Part shown: in pieces, positions 25,614 through 25,895 of the stretch
How positions within the stretch are numbered: the first letter of the stretch is position 1
Layout of the letters: each line of letters begins with the position of its first letter
From: a virus
Lineage: Duplodnaviria > Caudoviricetes
IMG/VR virus record: IMGVR_UViG_3300044267_001826
Span: 1-25,895 of that record
DNA: 25,895 nt
Direction: 5' to 3' (one strand)
Program-made: the position numbers and the translations under genes
Notes under the pieces: model-generated
Database searches by the model: none
Told to the model about the DNA's origin: nothing
The model's input: only the letters and a program-made list of their open reading frames with translations

Positions 25614-25895
25614 ATGCAACTTTCAAAACATTTTACTTTAAAAGAGATGACCAAGTCAATGACCGCTCAACGTAGGGGAATTGACAACACACCAGGAGCA
25701 GGTGAGATTAAAAGTTTAGGTGATCTATGTTATGAAGTGCTCGAACCTTTACGTGCACACTTTGACAAACCAGTTACAATAACATCGGGCTATCGTAGTG
25801 AAGCGTTGTGTGAGGCGATAGGATCAAAAAAGACGTCGCAACATGCCAAGGGCCAAGCCGTCGACCTAGAAATTTTTGGCGTGCCAAATATTCTC
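25614..25895 (+). CDS. Peptidase M15A-type endolysin, 3' truncated (not in the ORF track)
   Basis: MQLSKHFTLKEMTKS...LEPLRAHFDKPVTITSGYRS...SQHAKGQAVDLE contains SGYR and the Zn-binding H-x6-D motif; the frame runs off the window. Confidence 0.9.
   Translation, partial: MQLSKHFTLKEMTKSMTAQRRGIDNTPGAGEIKSLGDLCYEVLEPLRAHFDKPVTITSGYRSEALCEAIGSKKTSQHAKGQAVDLEIFGVPNIL

Overview
AT-rich, gene-dense window encoded entirely on the + strand. It is the virion morphogenesis and lysis region of a short-tailed dsDNA phage. The capsid N-terminus (AISRAQLVKELEPGLNALFGLEY) and the gene order most resemble marine HTVC010P-like pelagiphages (SAR11 podoviruses); this is recognition from memory, not a database search. 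Gene order: major capsid (5' truncated), two small ORFs, capsid-associated proteins, head-tail adaptors, tail-fibre module with two polyglycine-rich proteins, three 2OG-Fe(II) oxygenases, tail nozzle, small ORFs, internal/ejection proteins, holin-like protein, M15 endolysin (3' truncated). The main leads are: (1) a repeated hydrophobic-x-x-GG motif across three adjacent internal proteins, with a lambda-gpH-like EFVFT domain (possible processing or sorting system); (2) a three-oxygenase cassette with its own candidate promoter directly after the Gly/Pro/Cys-rich fibres (possible virion-modification system); (3) a pseudoknotted 5' leader at 1501-1552; (4) a promoter-hairpin unit at 13731-13803 that may be a tiny sRNA; (5) sigma70-like promoters embedded in coding sequence. 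All functional calls are unverified by search.
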